DNA of 64,000 bases from Octopus vulgaris (Eukaryota): the NCBI GenBank assembly GCA_951406725.2, contig OX597814.1, positions 49,290,001-49,354,000 on the forward strand. The letters run 5' to 3'. A model generated the notes under the pieces. That model had not been told where the DNA came from and ran no database searches. It saw only the letters and a list, made by a program, of their open reading frames with translations. The translations under genes and the position numbers were made by a program. Of this stretch, positions 49,320 through 62,650 are shown piece after piece. The stretch's first letter is position 1. Each line of letters begins with the position of its first letter.

Positions 49320-50365
49320 AGACTTGGTCATGACAGTAGAGTAGCAGGCAAATTGACTTTCAGTATTTAATCTCAACCTTCAGTTCTAAGTTCATATCCT
49401 GATAGAGTCAACTCTACTTTTCAATTTTCTAAATGTCTATAAAATAAGCATCATTTTTATACTATAGACTATTCATTCCTCTTATATTTGTGAACTTGTC
49501 CCTAAATAAGAAATTATTATTTTTTTACAATGATGGCATTAGTGTGAAAAATTGTTATGTGAAGAACTAAATGCTTTCCAGCATTTAATTCTTTTTTCAA
49601 TATTCTGAGTTTAAGCTCTTCTAATGTCAAATTTTCCTTTCATCCTTCCAGGGATGGTAAATATGGAAATAGTTATGATCTGGGATTGATTAAATTGACA
49701 CACTTATCCTCCAAAATGCATGGCCTTATGTCAATATCAGAAACCATAATTATTTACTATTATTATTATTAAGGTGGCAATCTGCTAGCAGAATCGTTAG
49801 CATGCCGGGCAAAGTACTCAGCAGCATTTCATCTATCTTTATGTTCTGAGTTCAAATTCTGTCAAGATTAACTTTGCCTTTCATCCCTTCAGGGTTGATG
49901 AAATTAGTACCAGTTATGCACTGGGTTCAATGAAATTGACTAGCCCCCTTCCCCAAAATTTCAGGCCTATAGTAGAAAGGAACATTATTATTAATATTAT
50001 TATTATTATTATTATTATTATTATCTGCCAGTTCAGATTGGAGCCTGGTGCAGCCATCTGGTTCGCCAGTCCTCAGTCAAATCGTCCAACCCATGCTAGC
50101 ATGGAAAGTGGACATTAAATGATGATGATGATTATTATTATTTATAAGACTGTGAGCTGGCAGAGTTGTTATTGCTTCAGACAAAATATTTGGCAATATT
50201 TCTTCCGGCTCTCTACATTCTGAGTTCTATTTCCACCAAGATCAACTTTCCCTTTCATCCTTTGGAATCAATAAAGTAAGTTGAGCATTTGAATTGATGT
50301 AATTAACTGGCTCCCTCCCCACCAAATTTCAGGCCTTGTGCCTATAATAAAAAGAAGTATTTTTA
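49320..50365 (+). mobile_element. cluster of four same-orientation Meta-like SINEs (family B) plus an RTE tail (50025-50130)
   Basis: core ..tttcatcc..gataaaataagtacc variants at about 49410, 49635, 49875 and 50250, separated by (ATT)n. Confidence 0.7.
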
Positions 50366-52111
50366 TTATTATGTACATTTATTCAGGCCTTGTAGAAAGG
50401 ATTATTAGGTATTTCTAATTTGCATTTTTCTTTGGTTTTGCTCATTTTGTTACTGTTTTACCATATCTTTATTCTCTATTGTTTAAAAAATGCTATGGTT
50501 GAGAACTACTAGCATAAAGGACACTAAATGGCAGTCTAAAGTCATGATTATTAAATATCACTCAAAAGAAGTGATGAACCCTAAATGTTAAAAATATTTT
50601 GCCCCAGACTAGTAAAAGCAAATTTAGGTCTAGTTATCATTTACGTATATTGATTTATGAAATATAATGAAAGCTTTAAAAGATTTAAGTCTCGAACCAA
50701 ATGTTGGCATCTGTTATAGTCTGCCAAGAAATTATGAATACATCATATGTCATTGGTGAAATTCCTTTCAAACAAAATCACTGAATTATTTTGTAGATAG
50801 AACATAAAACTCAATCATTAATTATGACTGATCTGTTGATTTGAAAAACTGATCTGGAACATACCATTAAGTATGTATAACCAGTAAGAGTTTCAGGAGC
50901 AAGATATTTCACTAGAAACTGCCAATTGATGTGGGATATGAACTTAAACTATTCTATGTTATAGAAATAAATTTATGATTATTCTTCTTTGTAAAATACA
51001 ATAGATATTGCCTGTTAATCTACTAGAGATGTTCATAACACTAAATGGCTAAGACATTCATTTTCAACTTTGAAATTCCATTTTATTGAAGATTGTTAAG
51101 AATATTTCTTCAGACTTTATTTTTTCATTGCATTCAAGAGTTTGGTTTTTTAAGTTGAATTATTATCTAGGAAGCTATGCTTGTACACATTATATTTGAC
51201 TGGCTAAGCAACTTAAACAGAGAACCAGCTTTTGACACTGCATTGTCTCCTTGACAAGTCACTTTACTCTACCTACTTTGGCCAATCTTTCTCATGAGAA
51301 TAAGACTTATTTTTAAATTATAATGGAATGGTTGACACCAAGATTGAAAACATGTTTCAATGATTTACAAAAATGTGTGAGGTTTGAGAAAAAACTGAGA
51401 ATTATGTCCAAAATAATTTATGACTGCCTCTCTCAGGTTCATACCAAATATATGTCTGTTTACTCAATTTTGAAAACTATAACCCTTTGGATAAATTAAA
51501 GATTGAGATAAAACTCCAAAGAAAGTATTATCAATGAAATTCATTTAGCCTGATGTTTAACTGAAAAAGAATATTAAAACAATAGTTATCATCTTAACAT
51601 TCTTTACTTAAAGATCTAATATAATTGACCAATGTGAGGCCAATTACTATGCTTTGGCATCATAATAATATAAAATACATTTCTTCACATCTACACCTAT
51701 GTCACCTGATCATCTGCTGAAGTTAAATAGTGCTGGTGTTAGTACTAATAATATAGACAATAATAATGCTCAGTATAAAATATTTATAACACTGCAAACT
51801 GAAGCACTGAGTCCTGTTCCATATATAAAGTATTTTTGTAAATAAATTTTTATCCATAGTAATCATGATAAGGTGCTTTTATTAGCATAACCTCTGCAGA
51901 AGCTACTTTGAAGAATTTATACATATATTTATAGATATTATATTATTATTATTATTATTATTATGTACATATATATATTTATATACTTACTTAAAATAAA
52001 ACAAAAGGAATATCATGAAATGAAATGAAGAATTATTCAAGTTAAGAAAATAATCCAAGATTTTATGATATTTTATGTGTGCATGTGTATGTGTGTGAAT
52101 GTATATATATG

Positions 52112-52114
<3 letters not shown>

Positions 52115-52168
<54 letters not shown>
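52115..52168. repeat. (TA)n microsatellite
   Basis: visible run. Confidence 0.9.
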
Positions 52169-52172
<4 letters not shown>

Positions 52173-53456
52173 AAATAATGAAAAGAGGCTTTGAATTGTC
52201 ATTTGTAAGTGAACCGATATATAGTAATTATTCTCTATGTCTATACATGTAGTTTCTTAAAATGTTCATCAAGCATAGATTTTATCATTCTATCCTTAAT
52301 CCAAATTCGAACCAGATATACTAATAATTCAGTGATTAAAAAAAAATGGTTTTTTTTCATTCTTTTCTGAAAAGGAAAGTGAGCATTCATAATATTAACA
52401 CATTTGTATAAAAATGACGAAACTAAACATTGACCTACTGTGTGATTTAATTGCAATTTTCCTGTTACCAATAAAAAGAAAAAAATATATCAATGAGGCT
52501 TGGAAATGCCAGTTCAAATAAATGGCAGTCTTATCTGACCAGTTTTTAATGCTAAAGGGTTAAATAATGTAAATGTATGCTTATCATTTAAAAAAAAAAG
52601 CTCATGGTGAATGTGTTAAGAAGTTTCTGTTGTATATGAAATACATTTACTATATATCCTGGTTACCTTATCAAATAGCGCAAGAAAAATAAAATCTTAT
52701 ATTTCAAATATTCTTTATAAATAAGCTTCATAATGATGGATTGTTCCCCTCTGAAAAATCTTCATGGTGCTTTCAAAATGGAGAGACTGGAAAAACAAAT
52801 CTTGGCTTTGATGATAATCATAATTATTATGGTTTTAAAACTTATTTTATGAAAATTTATCATTTTTGTGAAATTACTTAAAGTGTATATAAAGAATATT
52901 TACAAAAAAAAAATTATATTTTATTTGTTAATGTCTTTCTGCAAATTATAGACATAATATCATGAAAGTATTTTAACTTTTCATTTATTTTATCAAAATA
53001 AAAGAAATATATAAGATTTTATATCAACAAACTTGAGATGAGTCTCACATTTTTAATTCCTTTATATAATATATAATTGGCAGGAAATTGGAAATATTTA
53101 CAAACTTAGCTAAAAAGTAAAGATAATACCCTTTGTCATTGGTTACTGCTTTGGCTTTGTAATACTTGTAATATTTTATATGAAAACTACATATCCAATA
53201 TTTGCATATGTTTCATAAGTACTTTTTAATTTTACAGTATTACAAAATTTGCTGTAATTATTTTTATATTTTTATTATGCTTGTAACCAAAACAACAATT
53301 ATTTTCTTTTAATAAAGTATCTTTAAATATGTGTAAAAGAAAAGAAGAAAAGAGCAAGAAAAAATACTATAAGAGCAATTATAGAAAAATAATGTCTTAC
53401 ACACACACACACACACATGCATATAATGATAAATTGATAATGGACATAAACATAAA

Positions 53457-53495
<39 letters not shown>

Positions 53496-55046
53496 TGCTC
53501 CAGCATGGTGCAGTCAATTGACTGAAACAAATAAAAGTATAAAAGAATATATATACATACACACACACCTACATTTATATATATGAGTTTAATTAATGTA
53601 AATAATGCAATGTGTTTGAAATATATATATATATAATAAAATAAAGTGACTGGTTCACATATCAGTTAAATAAATAAGCTGTAAGTTGGTTTCAAAACAT
53701 AATCCTAAATGCATTTTATGTGGAATCTCATTGCCAATATTGACTACTGGTTGGAATTTGAGCCACTTACATTGTGATATTCATAGCACTGCCTAAATAG
53801 CTTAACAGCTTCACCTGATTATATTCAGGTTGCCAAATTTGAATTGGACTTGTTGGAGTTTTTAAATATTACTGTTTTAAAATAAGATTGTTTTTCATTT
53901 TGAAGAATGATCTTTCTTGCCATGCTATTATATATGGATCAAATGCACAAACAAATTACTTGTAATATAAATATGTATTCTTGACTTCATTAGTAGAATT
54001 TATCATTGCTGTTGTTGTTGATGTTATAGTTTAGCAAACCTATGATTGAAAGGCCCTTCAACCTTGACGATCATATCTTTTTTCTTTTCTTTTTTTTTCT
54101 GATCTCAGTGTATGTAGGATCATATTACCCAATGTCTCTTCTTTTTCTTAAAGAAAGTAGGGTGCAATTTGAGACAGATTTGACTATTATTTCCATCAGG
54201 TTGGCTGACCATATAGAGACTCACCCTGCAGTTGTGTTGGGCATCAAAATGCAATATAAAATTCTCAAGAAAATGCATTTGTAACTGAGCATCAGTTCCA
54301 TCTTGAATATATTTACTCATGTTGCCAGTATAATTGGAGAAGACAAAAATTTGTAAATTCTGAAAATTACCACTTGTCCTCTCCTTTGAGTCTGAAGTTT
54401 CTGACTTCATTTTTTTTTTCCCCTTCATTCATTGAGTATATAAAAATGACAGGCATTTCTACTCACATTCTGTTATTGTTTATTTTTTTTTAAAGTTGTG
54501 CATATTCTTACATTCTTTAACAGATGTGTCTGTATGTGTGTAGGTGTATATAATAAGTGTAAAGTGGAGTTTGTAGCATTATGTTGTAAAATAAACTCCA
54601 CTCTTCACTTATTATTTATAATAATAAATGATAGGAGAGAATCTCTTTTATGCAATTTCAGATAGCCATTGATCACGAATGCTTTCTTCTGTAAATGTCT
54701 GGATTTTCTAATTCCTTCTTGTTTACTATATATATATATATATTAAGGTAGCAAATTGGATGAAGCATTAAAGCGGTGGCTAGAGTACATTGTGGTATAT
54801 TCATTCTGGTTATTTGTGCTCTTTGTTCCAATATTAGTTGGGTCAACGTTACCTTTCCTTGTTGGGGGTCAATAAAATAAAGTATCACTCCTGTTCTGGT
54901 GTTGATTCTCTCCCTCCCCCCTCTCTCTCTCTCCCCTTTTTTTTTCTGGAAAAAATATTGGTCATAGTCAGAAAAGAAGAGGGATAGTATATGCCCAAGA
55001 CATGGTGTATATGCACATGATGTTTATGTGTGTGTGTGTGTGTGCA

Positions 55047-55088
<42 letters not shown>

Positions 55089-57336
55089 GATATATCTGTT
55101 GATCTTATCTCTTTTGAATTTGGTTCAAAGTAAACTTCTTCCCGATGTATTACAATACATGATACAGATATAGAATTTCATATTTTCTTAAGACTTTTCA
55201 CCTTCTTTTGTCAGAGGAAGTTCATCATAAGAAGTCTTAAATAATGTGTGTGTGTTTGTGTCAGTGTGCATATAAATTTAAGAAACTATCTTTCTGATTC
55301 AAGTAAATACTTCTGATATATTTGTTATATGTGCATAATTATAAATACTGGAGTATATATGAAAGAACTTTTTCTTGGGGTGTTAGAATGCCCTGAGTAC
55401 TTTGTGTTAAGTAGCTGTTGCAATTATCATTTATCTGGATGTTGCTGTGTGTATCATGTGTAATCAACTTCATTGTATTGCTCTGTGTTTACTATTGTCT
55501 CTTGTTCATTATATCATGTTGTCCTTGAATCACAGTACCCTACAGAGACCACAGGCATAACAGTTTCTTAGCATTATCATTGATCAGAAATTTGATCAAT
55601 TAGTAAGTAAAGCTAATAATCAGAAAGTATAAATTAGATGCCAGTGAAAGATAATCTTAGTATTTGCAATTTAATCAACTGATCATCACCTTATAGACTT
55701 TATAATAAATCATAGCTTTTGTATTATATGTAATATATGTATATAGCTACTAATATCATCCACAAAAGTAAGACATGATTTTTCTTCATCTTCCATTAAA
55801 TCAACAGTGCATCTTCTCTACAATAATCGTTTTGAATGAAAATCCATTTATCCTGTCAAAAGTTTCTTGGTCTCTGTAGTCAGCTCTATACCATAAGGTA
55901 TAATATAAACAAAAATGTAAAGCAATTATTTGTGTGTTCGTGGGAATGTTTGCTCTTCTATGCATGGGTTTACTTAGTTTATCTAAATAGTTTTTCTTTC
56001 TTTTAGATTAAGTTCTCAAAAGCAGCTTATTTCTCTAGATAGTTAATATCTTTACTATTTATGTAGTGGCTAAAACCATTTTCATAAATTGGAATGTATA
56101 TAGGAACTCTATATCACTGGGACCAAACATTTAATGTTCCTAATTGATTAAATGAGAAACTTTCTGACATGTTTTAGTGTGGGACAAATTTGAACATGTC
56201 ATATTTTTAATCTTTGTATTGTATTGATTTAAACAGTAGCTATTTATAAGCAGGAATCTGAATAGAATTATCTAAATAATTTCCACATTTTTCAAACTAA
56301 TAGAAATGTTTAAGAACATTTTACTTCCTTTTTGTTATGTAATTTTTATCAATTGAGTGCAATGTGTGTAGACAATTCTTTTTAAGACTTGCTCTACTTT
56401 TTCTGCTGGAATAGCTTTAATGTTGTATGTGTAAAAAAAACATAAGGCAGAAGTATAAATATGTTCTTTTAAAATCAGTACATAGCTTTATATAAATAAA
56501 ATCCTAGAAATGAAGTTCTAGAAATAAAGTTGTACACAATAAGTCACATGAAAATTTTAGCCTTTGTTTCAAACACATAAATTTTAAAGTTATCTCTTGC
56601 CATTGCTTAGCTTTAGGATTTCTGTTTACTTAATTTCCCTCATGATATTACAGCACATTGGTGACACAATGAATCTGTAATGTCCTTACAATAATAACCA
56701 TGAAAGTGACAGCATGGACAGAGGTTGGATGCTTGATGTTATAATTGTTCTCTAAAAATACAATGAACAAAAATATTAAACTCATGAATATATCATGTGT
56801 TGATTATTTCATTTTTTTGCATTTATTTGGTTAAGATTTACCGAAATAACCCACTATCTAATGTATAATTATGTCAGTGTTAGAGAAAAAGATTTTAACT
56901 TAATCATTTTTAAGTTCGTGTGTGACTCAGCTAACACAGCTGTTATGTCTCAATTTTTGAAATAAGCTTGTCTTTTTATTGTTTATTCCAAAACAATGGA
57001 ACTATACTTATAGTCTTTGCCAGACCTCTACATAGTGGTAAGAGACACATAGAACCTTATACTATTGAACTGGTATATTTAGCATGTTAAGGAATGAAGA
57101 ATCACCATGAAAGGCTATCTACTTAACAGATAGTTTTTTACAGTGGTCCAGAATGTGTGTATATGTGTTTGGGGCATCAACCTAGGTGTGACAAACTGCT
57201 CTGGAATGCAGAAAACGAAATTTAAACTTAGTTTAAATTTCAGCAATTGAAATGTTATAGTTCTATATTTAAGAGATGAGGAATTATGTACATTATTTAC
57301 ATTTGATGGATATTTGTCCTCATCTTGTTTGTTGTT

Positions 57337-57382
57337 AACACAATGTTTCGGCTGATATACCCTCCAGTCTTCATCAAGTGTC
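57337..57382 (-). ncRNA. hammerhead-like motif (C3>U)
   Basis: GACAC-uUGAUGA-A-GACUG(GAGGGUAUAU)CAGCC-GAAA-CA-UU-GUGUU. Confidence 0.5.
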
Positions 57383-57651
57383 TTGGGGAAATTTCAAACC
57401 TGGGTTCTCATTCCTAAGGTATTTTTTTTAATGTTATTATTCAGGTCACTGCCTAGAATCGAACTCGGAATCTTGGGGTTAGTAGCCCACACTCTTAACC
57501 ACTACACACACCACAGCATATAGCATAGTGGTTAAGAGCGTGGGCTATTAATCCCAAGATTCCGAGTTAGATTCCAGGCAGTGATCTGAATAATAATAAT
57601 AACATCAAAAAATACCTTAGGAATGAGAACCCAGGTTCGAAATTTCCCCAA

Positions 57652-57697
57652 GACACTTGATGAAGACTGGAGGGTATATCAGCTGAAACGTTGTGTT
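57652..57697 (+). ncRNA. hammerhead-like motif (C3>U)
   Basis: GACAC-uUGAUGA-A-GACUG(GAGGGUAUAU)CAGCU-GAAA-CG-UU-GUGUU; helix III palindrome ACGU. Confidence 0.5.
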
Positions 57698-59744
57698 AAC
57701 AAAAAACAAGATGAGTATAAATATCCATCAAATGTAAATAATGTAATTAAAATACTCTTGACTGCTATAATAATCTGCTGTATATAACATTACAAACACC
57801 TAAGCTGAAGACTTCAATTAATTAACATCCTATATTAATATACATACATTCACACATTTTATTTATTTTCTGTCTCTTTTGACTGAGATGTTACCATTTC
57901 TGGATTTTGTTTTGGGCATTAATTCACTGTGTCCAGTTCTATGTTCTATTGTGCCAATATTTTTTAATTTCACAGAACATCATTTTAATTAAATGTTTTT
58001 GTTGAAACATTATGGAAATTGTTCAGATTTTGTTGTTGTTTTTCTTACAATTTCTACCAAATGTGTTTTATTGAAAGGTAGAGCTTTCAAATATGTAATT
58101 ACTATAAAACGGTTCTCTTGAAATTTTGTTTCATTTAAGTTGTGGAAAAGTTCTGTTACTTTCTGTATGCATGTTAGTGAATGTTTTTAAAATCTTTTAC
58201 AAAAATGTAAAAGAAACAAAATTTCAAAGAATCATAAATAAAATTTCATGAACTGTTGAACCTTTAAATTCTGTATTTGATGTTAGATACACTTAAAGTA
58301 AGGATCATTATTATAAATCCTCTCTTGTTATAGGAGAAGCTCACACTGATAAGGTTATAAGTATATGTATTTAGATCTGAGTTCCAGTTTCCATAATAAA
58401 ACAGTAAGTTTGAAGATTCAGTAGCTATGGGAATAGTAAATTGCTCATGATGTACATGTTTATTAATTAGTTGGTTAATGACATTTGTTTAAATATCATG
58501 CTATCAGAAAAATGACTCATTTACTGGACTAACCCCTTTTCTTAAATAACAAAAGGAAATCTAATTGACAACTTAAAGTGGAAGGTTAAGGTGTAATAGA
58601 ATGGCAGACTGACTATTTTGCTGTATCTGATAGAGTACATTGTCATTACATTCCTTTTACATCTGTATTTCCATACTGGCATCAGCTGAACAGGTTGTCA
58701 TGGATCAAGCTGGTACTTTTTAAGTGAGTCAGAGATTATGTCTCACTTGTGCATTTCATTTTGACATGTTGTCTGTAACTGGATGTCTTTCCTATCATGA
58801 ACCACTTTTCAGAGAGTAGTACCCAGAATTTATCATAGAGAAGTTACCTTGTCCTCAGCAAGACTAAAGAATCTTCTCTGTTCTATGTTGACAGCACCAA
58901 AAATTTAGAAAAGTGATAACAAATGATCCGAGCAAGAACGTGATGGAAGAAAATGAGAGAGAGAAAATTGCATGATGGTTGTTGATAATGAAATTTAATA
59001 GAAACCACTTAAGTGGCATGATAGAAGTATAAGTGATAGGAAGGAAATAGAGTAATAGAAGGGGAATACTAGAAGTGAGAGATATGGAAAAGGGTTAGTA
59101 TTTTCTTCCATTTTTAAAATGGAAGGGATTAATGTGACAAGGACTGGCTGTTATTTCTACTTGCTTAGAAATGCAGCATAAATTAACTTAATTCTGATAC
59201 CAATAAAGACAAATTAAAATAAACAAGGCATGATGATTGATATATTATTATTATTTATTAAAGAATACATGAAAAGACCTTGAATTAGTCAGATATTAGG
59301 CCTTACACAGAATCTTAAAGGATAATCAGTTAAACTGTTTATCTTTGCAAGACAGGTTAACATTTATTACTTTGAATGATTTGATCTTCATATTTCATTC
59401 ATCTAGAGATGCCTTCAGAAGCAATTGTAGGCCCTGTTCTAATAAATACAAGGGAAACTATAATAATGAATATACCATTTTTAACAAATAGGTTTGCTTC
59501 TACAGTCTTGGGAACTATTTTGACACTTCAATTTTTTTTAGTTTATCAGCATGAAACAAAATTCATTAATCATGTCAAAAACGTTCAAGAAATTGGCAAA
59601 TTTGAGGTTGGGTAAACTATAGTATTTGGTAAGTTGTGTTACTGTGAGAAGTGACAATGTATATAAGTAAACCTGAATAAATTATATTTATATGGTGGTA
59701 CAAAGCCACCTCCCCATCACCTAGCATAAAGCCACCTCCCTCAG

Positions 59745-59960
59745 TTAAAGTGCCTTGTCTCATTACTTGGTGATCTTGCTGATGTCACATAAAAAGCGTC
59801 CAGTACTCTCTGTAAAATAGTTGGCATTAGGAAGGACATCCAACCATAGAAACTGTCAAAGCAGACAGTAAAGCTTACACAGCCCTCTGGCTCTCCAGCT
59901 CTTGTCAAACTGTCTGACCCATGCCAGCATGGAAAGTGGATGTTAAATGATGATGATGAA
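59745..59960 (+). mobile_element. RTE LINE 3'UTR fragment with (GAT)n tail
   Basis: ttggcattaggaaggacatcc core, catgccagcatggaaagtggatgttaaatgatgatg. Confidence 0.75.
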
Positions 59961-60015
59961 TATAATATATTCATTTATAGATACAAGCATGGCCATGGTT
60001 AAGATATTTGCTTCC

Positions 60016-60375
60016 CAAGTAAGTGGTTTCAGATTCATCCCACTGTGTGGTACCTATTATAGCCCCAGAAACAGAACCAAGACTGAAGCATTCACAACTG
60101 AATATGCTTCATCAACTTGGCCACTCCCATAATGACCTAAAAAATGTAACAGCTACAAATTAAATCATTATACTTTATTGGTTTGGATCCCACTCTCATA
60201 TTTGAATATCAAGATTAGAACATTAATCTAATGTCTATTTATATGTCTTTTAAGCCATCATAGGAGTGGCCAAGTTGATGAAACACATTCAGTAGTGACT
60301 GCTTCAGTTTTGGCTCTGTTTCTGGGGCTATAATAGGTACCACACAGTGGGACTGAATCTGAAACCACTTACTTG
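60016..60375. repeat. inverted repeat with ~135-bp arms; third partial copy at 60889-60982
   Basis: caagtaagtggtttcagattc...ttggccactcc versus ggagtggccaa...gaatctgaaaccacttacttg. Confidence 0.85.
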
Positions 60376-60455
60376 TGACATACCTGAATAGTTTGTGGTA
60401 AGAAGGGCATCAAACTGTAAATTAGTTCCAAGCACATGCACACATTTGGCACATA

Positions 60456-62650
60456 TCAGCATCACCACCATCATCATCATTTTGCATCCATTTTCCAAAT
60501 TGGCATAGGTTGGATGCTTTGTCACAGTGTTAGTCATTCTTATTCAGCATTAATGTCCTTGTGCACAAATTGGAGGACCAAGTTTTGTTTGTGCATTTCA
60601 TTTTTGGCTTGGTTACTATGGCTAAATTACCATTCCTAACATCACTCCCTTTACAGAGTATACTGGGTATATGTTACTGTGGTACCAGTACTATGTATCC
60701 TCCACTCAATTCACCAATTACTTTACTGTATGTGCATTTTATTGTGGTACCAGCACATGTGAAGTCATCTTGTAATTTACCAAGCTAAAGAGGCCCCCAC
60801 AACTCTGAGAGGGAGAACAGAAGAGAATGTGATGTAAGTTGAGCTTAAGATGAGATATTGAGGGAAAATCAAATTTGATCAGAGGAACAGTCCCACTGTG
60901 TGGTACCTATTATAGCCCCAGAAACAGAACCAAGATTGAAGCATTCAATACTGAATGTGCTTCATCAACTTGGCCACTCCCAGGAGAGAATAACATAAGA
61001 CTGTACTGGTGGGAGTAATAGGGAGGAAATGGTGGTGTCAGTATTAGTAGGAGAGAAAAGAGTGATGAGGATTATATGAAGGGTTGAATAGAAGGAGATC
61101 TCATACTATCCCACATTATATGGGTGAAATGACAGGTGAGGTAGGTGGTGATGTTGCATGACAGGGAGAGACAGATGAGAGCAAACTATTTCAATGATGA
61201 GGAGATGCCTTAGGGAAAGAGTCACTGAAAGAAAGAAAGGCATGAGGGTGTCATAGAAGAAGTGAGGACAAGAGATGGGAGCAGCCCCATTACAGCATTC
61301 TCTTTGCCATACTTGTACAGGATTGCAGATGTTTCCAGCACTGCATGTTACTAATTTTTGTGGACTCCTATCATCATTTTTGTGAAACATATCTTGAAAT
61401 CAATTTCCACTACTTTATCCCAAGTATTTCTAGATTGTTCTATTCCATATGTTTTATTCACTTTGAGTGCTAATCACTTTTTTTACAGTTATTGTCATCC
61501 ATACTCAACACACACCCATATTAACACTGTGTTCTCTCTTGCACACTGCATCTGATTCCTTCCATGTTTAGCTTTTCTCTCAATTTGTTTATTCCCCATT
61601 CGTGCACACTAACTTCATACGTCCCACAAAATATGATTAATTCATTCCTATCTAGTTCATACAAGTCCTTGTGCATTTTGGTCCATATCACATTACCATG
61701 CAGCATTCTCACACACATGCATTCTACAATCTGACCTTCATCTGAAGGAGTGGCTCTTTGTTACTTGCAGTAAATGTTCCTGAACTTTTCAAATTCATTC
61801 TTAGTCTGGCTATCATGCCTTCAGAACACTCACCCTTGCTACTAATTAGATTACCTAGGAAACAAAAACTATTGACTACTTCTAGTGAGCCTTCTGAGTA
61901 TTTAAGATAATCTATTTCTTAAGTGATATTTGTGCTTAATTTCTCTGTGCATCTGTCACATATTAAGGATGCCTTGACTGTTAGCCTGTCTGTGAGCCCA
62001 GTATACCTTTAGTACAGCCATTGTCAACACTAAGCACACTGTTTAAAGTTCCTACCTTTTCCTTTTCTGCATATCAAACACAGCCATTTTCTTGATAGCA
62101 GCAGCGTTGTCTTTCTCTTGATGTAACAAAATTTTAGTTTTGGCAAAGTTTACTTTAAGGTTTATCAATTTTTTGGTTTGCTTCCATGTCTGGAGTTTCT
62201 TCTTCAAATCTTTCACAGATTCTGCTTTATGAACAAGGTCATCAACGAAGAGGAATTCCTGTGGATATCCAGTTTTAAACTCCTCATTTGTGACTTGGAG
62301 GACTGCTATAAACAGGGGGAATGGGGAGGACTGAGCCTTAACAAACTCGTATCTATGTACTAAATTCATCACTGAACTGATTGTTATCTCTCATTTTGCT
62401 GCCTACATCCCTGTACATAGTTTGTTTGACTCTTGCAAATCATTCATCAACCCCTAGCTTCCTTAACACTCACCAGATGAGAGAATGAAAGACCTGCTCC
62501 AGGTCAATGAATACCAAGTATAAAGACTTACTCCTTGCTAAATAATTCTCCTGAAGTCATCACACTAAAAAGATGGCATTTATGGTACCTGTCCCTGGCA
62601 CAAACCTGAACTGCATCTCATCCAAGCTAATCCTATCTCTAATCAGTTTT
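60456..62650 (-). mobile_element. decayed RTE LINE (RT domain to 3' tail)
   Basis: ORF 62052-62372 LFIAVLQ...FLFVDDLV...LKVNFAKTKIL; QFRFVPG motif at about 62595-62615; (CAT)n tail at 60456-60480. Confidence 0.8.

Larger units (their letters stand above)
57259..57745. mobile_element. head-to-head inverted dimer of a tRNA-headed element with a hammerhead-like 3' part
   Basis: arms 57289-57504 and 57526-57745 with a 21-nt spacer; each arm reads outward A box (tagtggttaag), B box, (AAT)n, hammerhead-like motif, tail. Confidence 0.85.
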
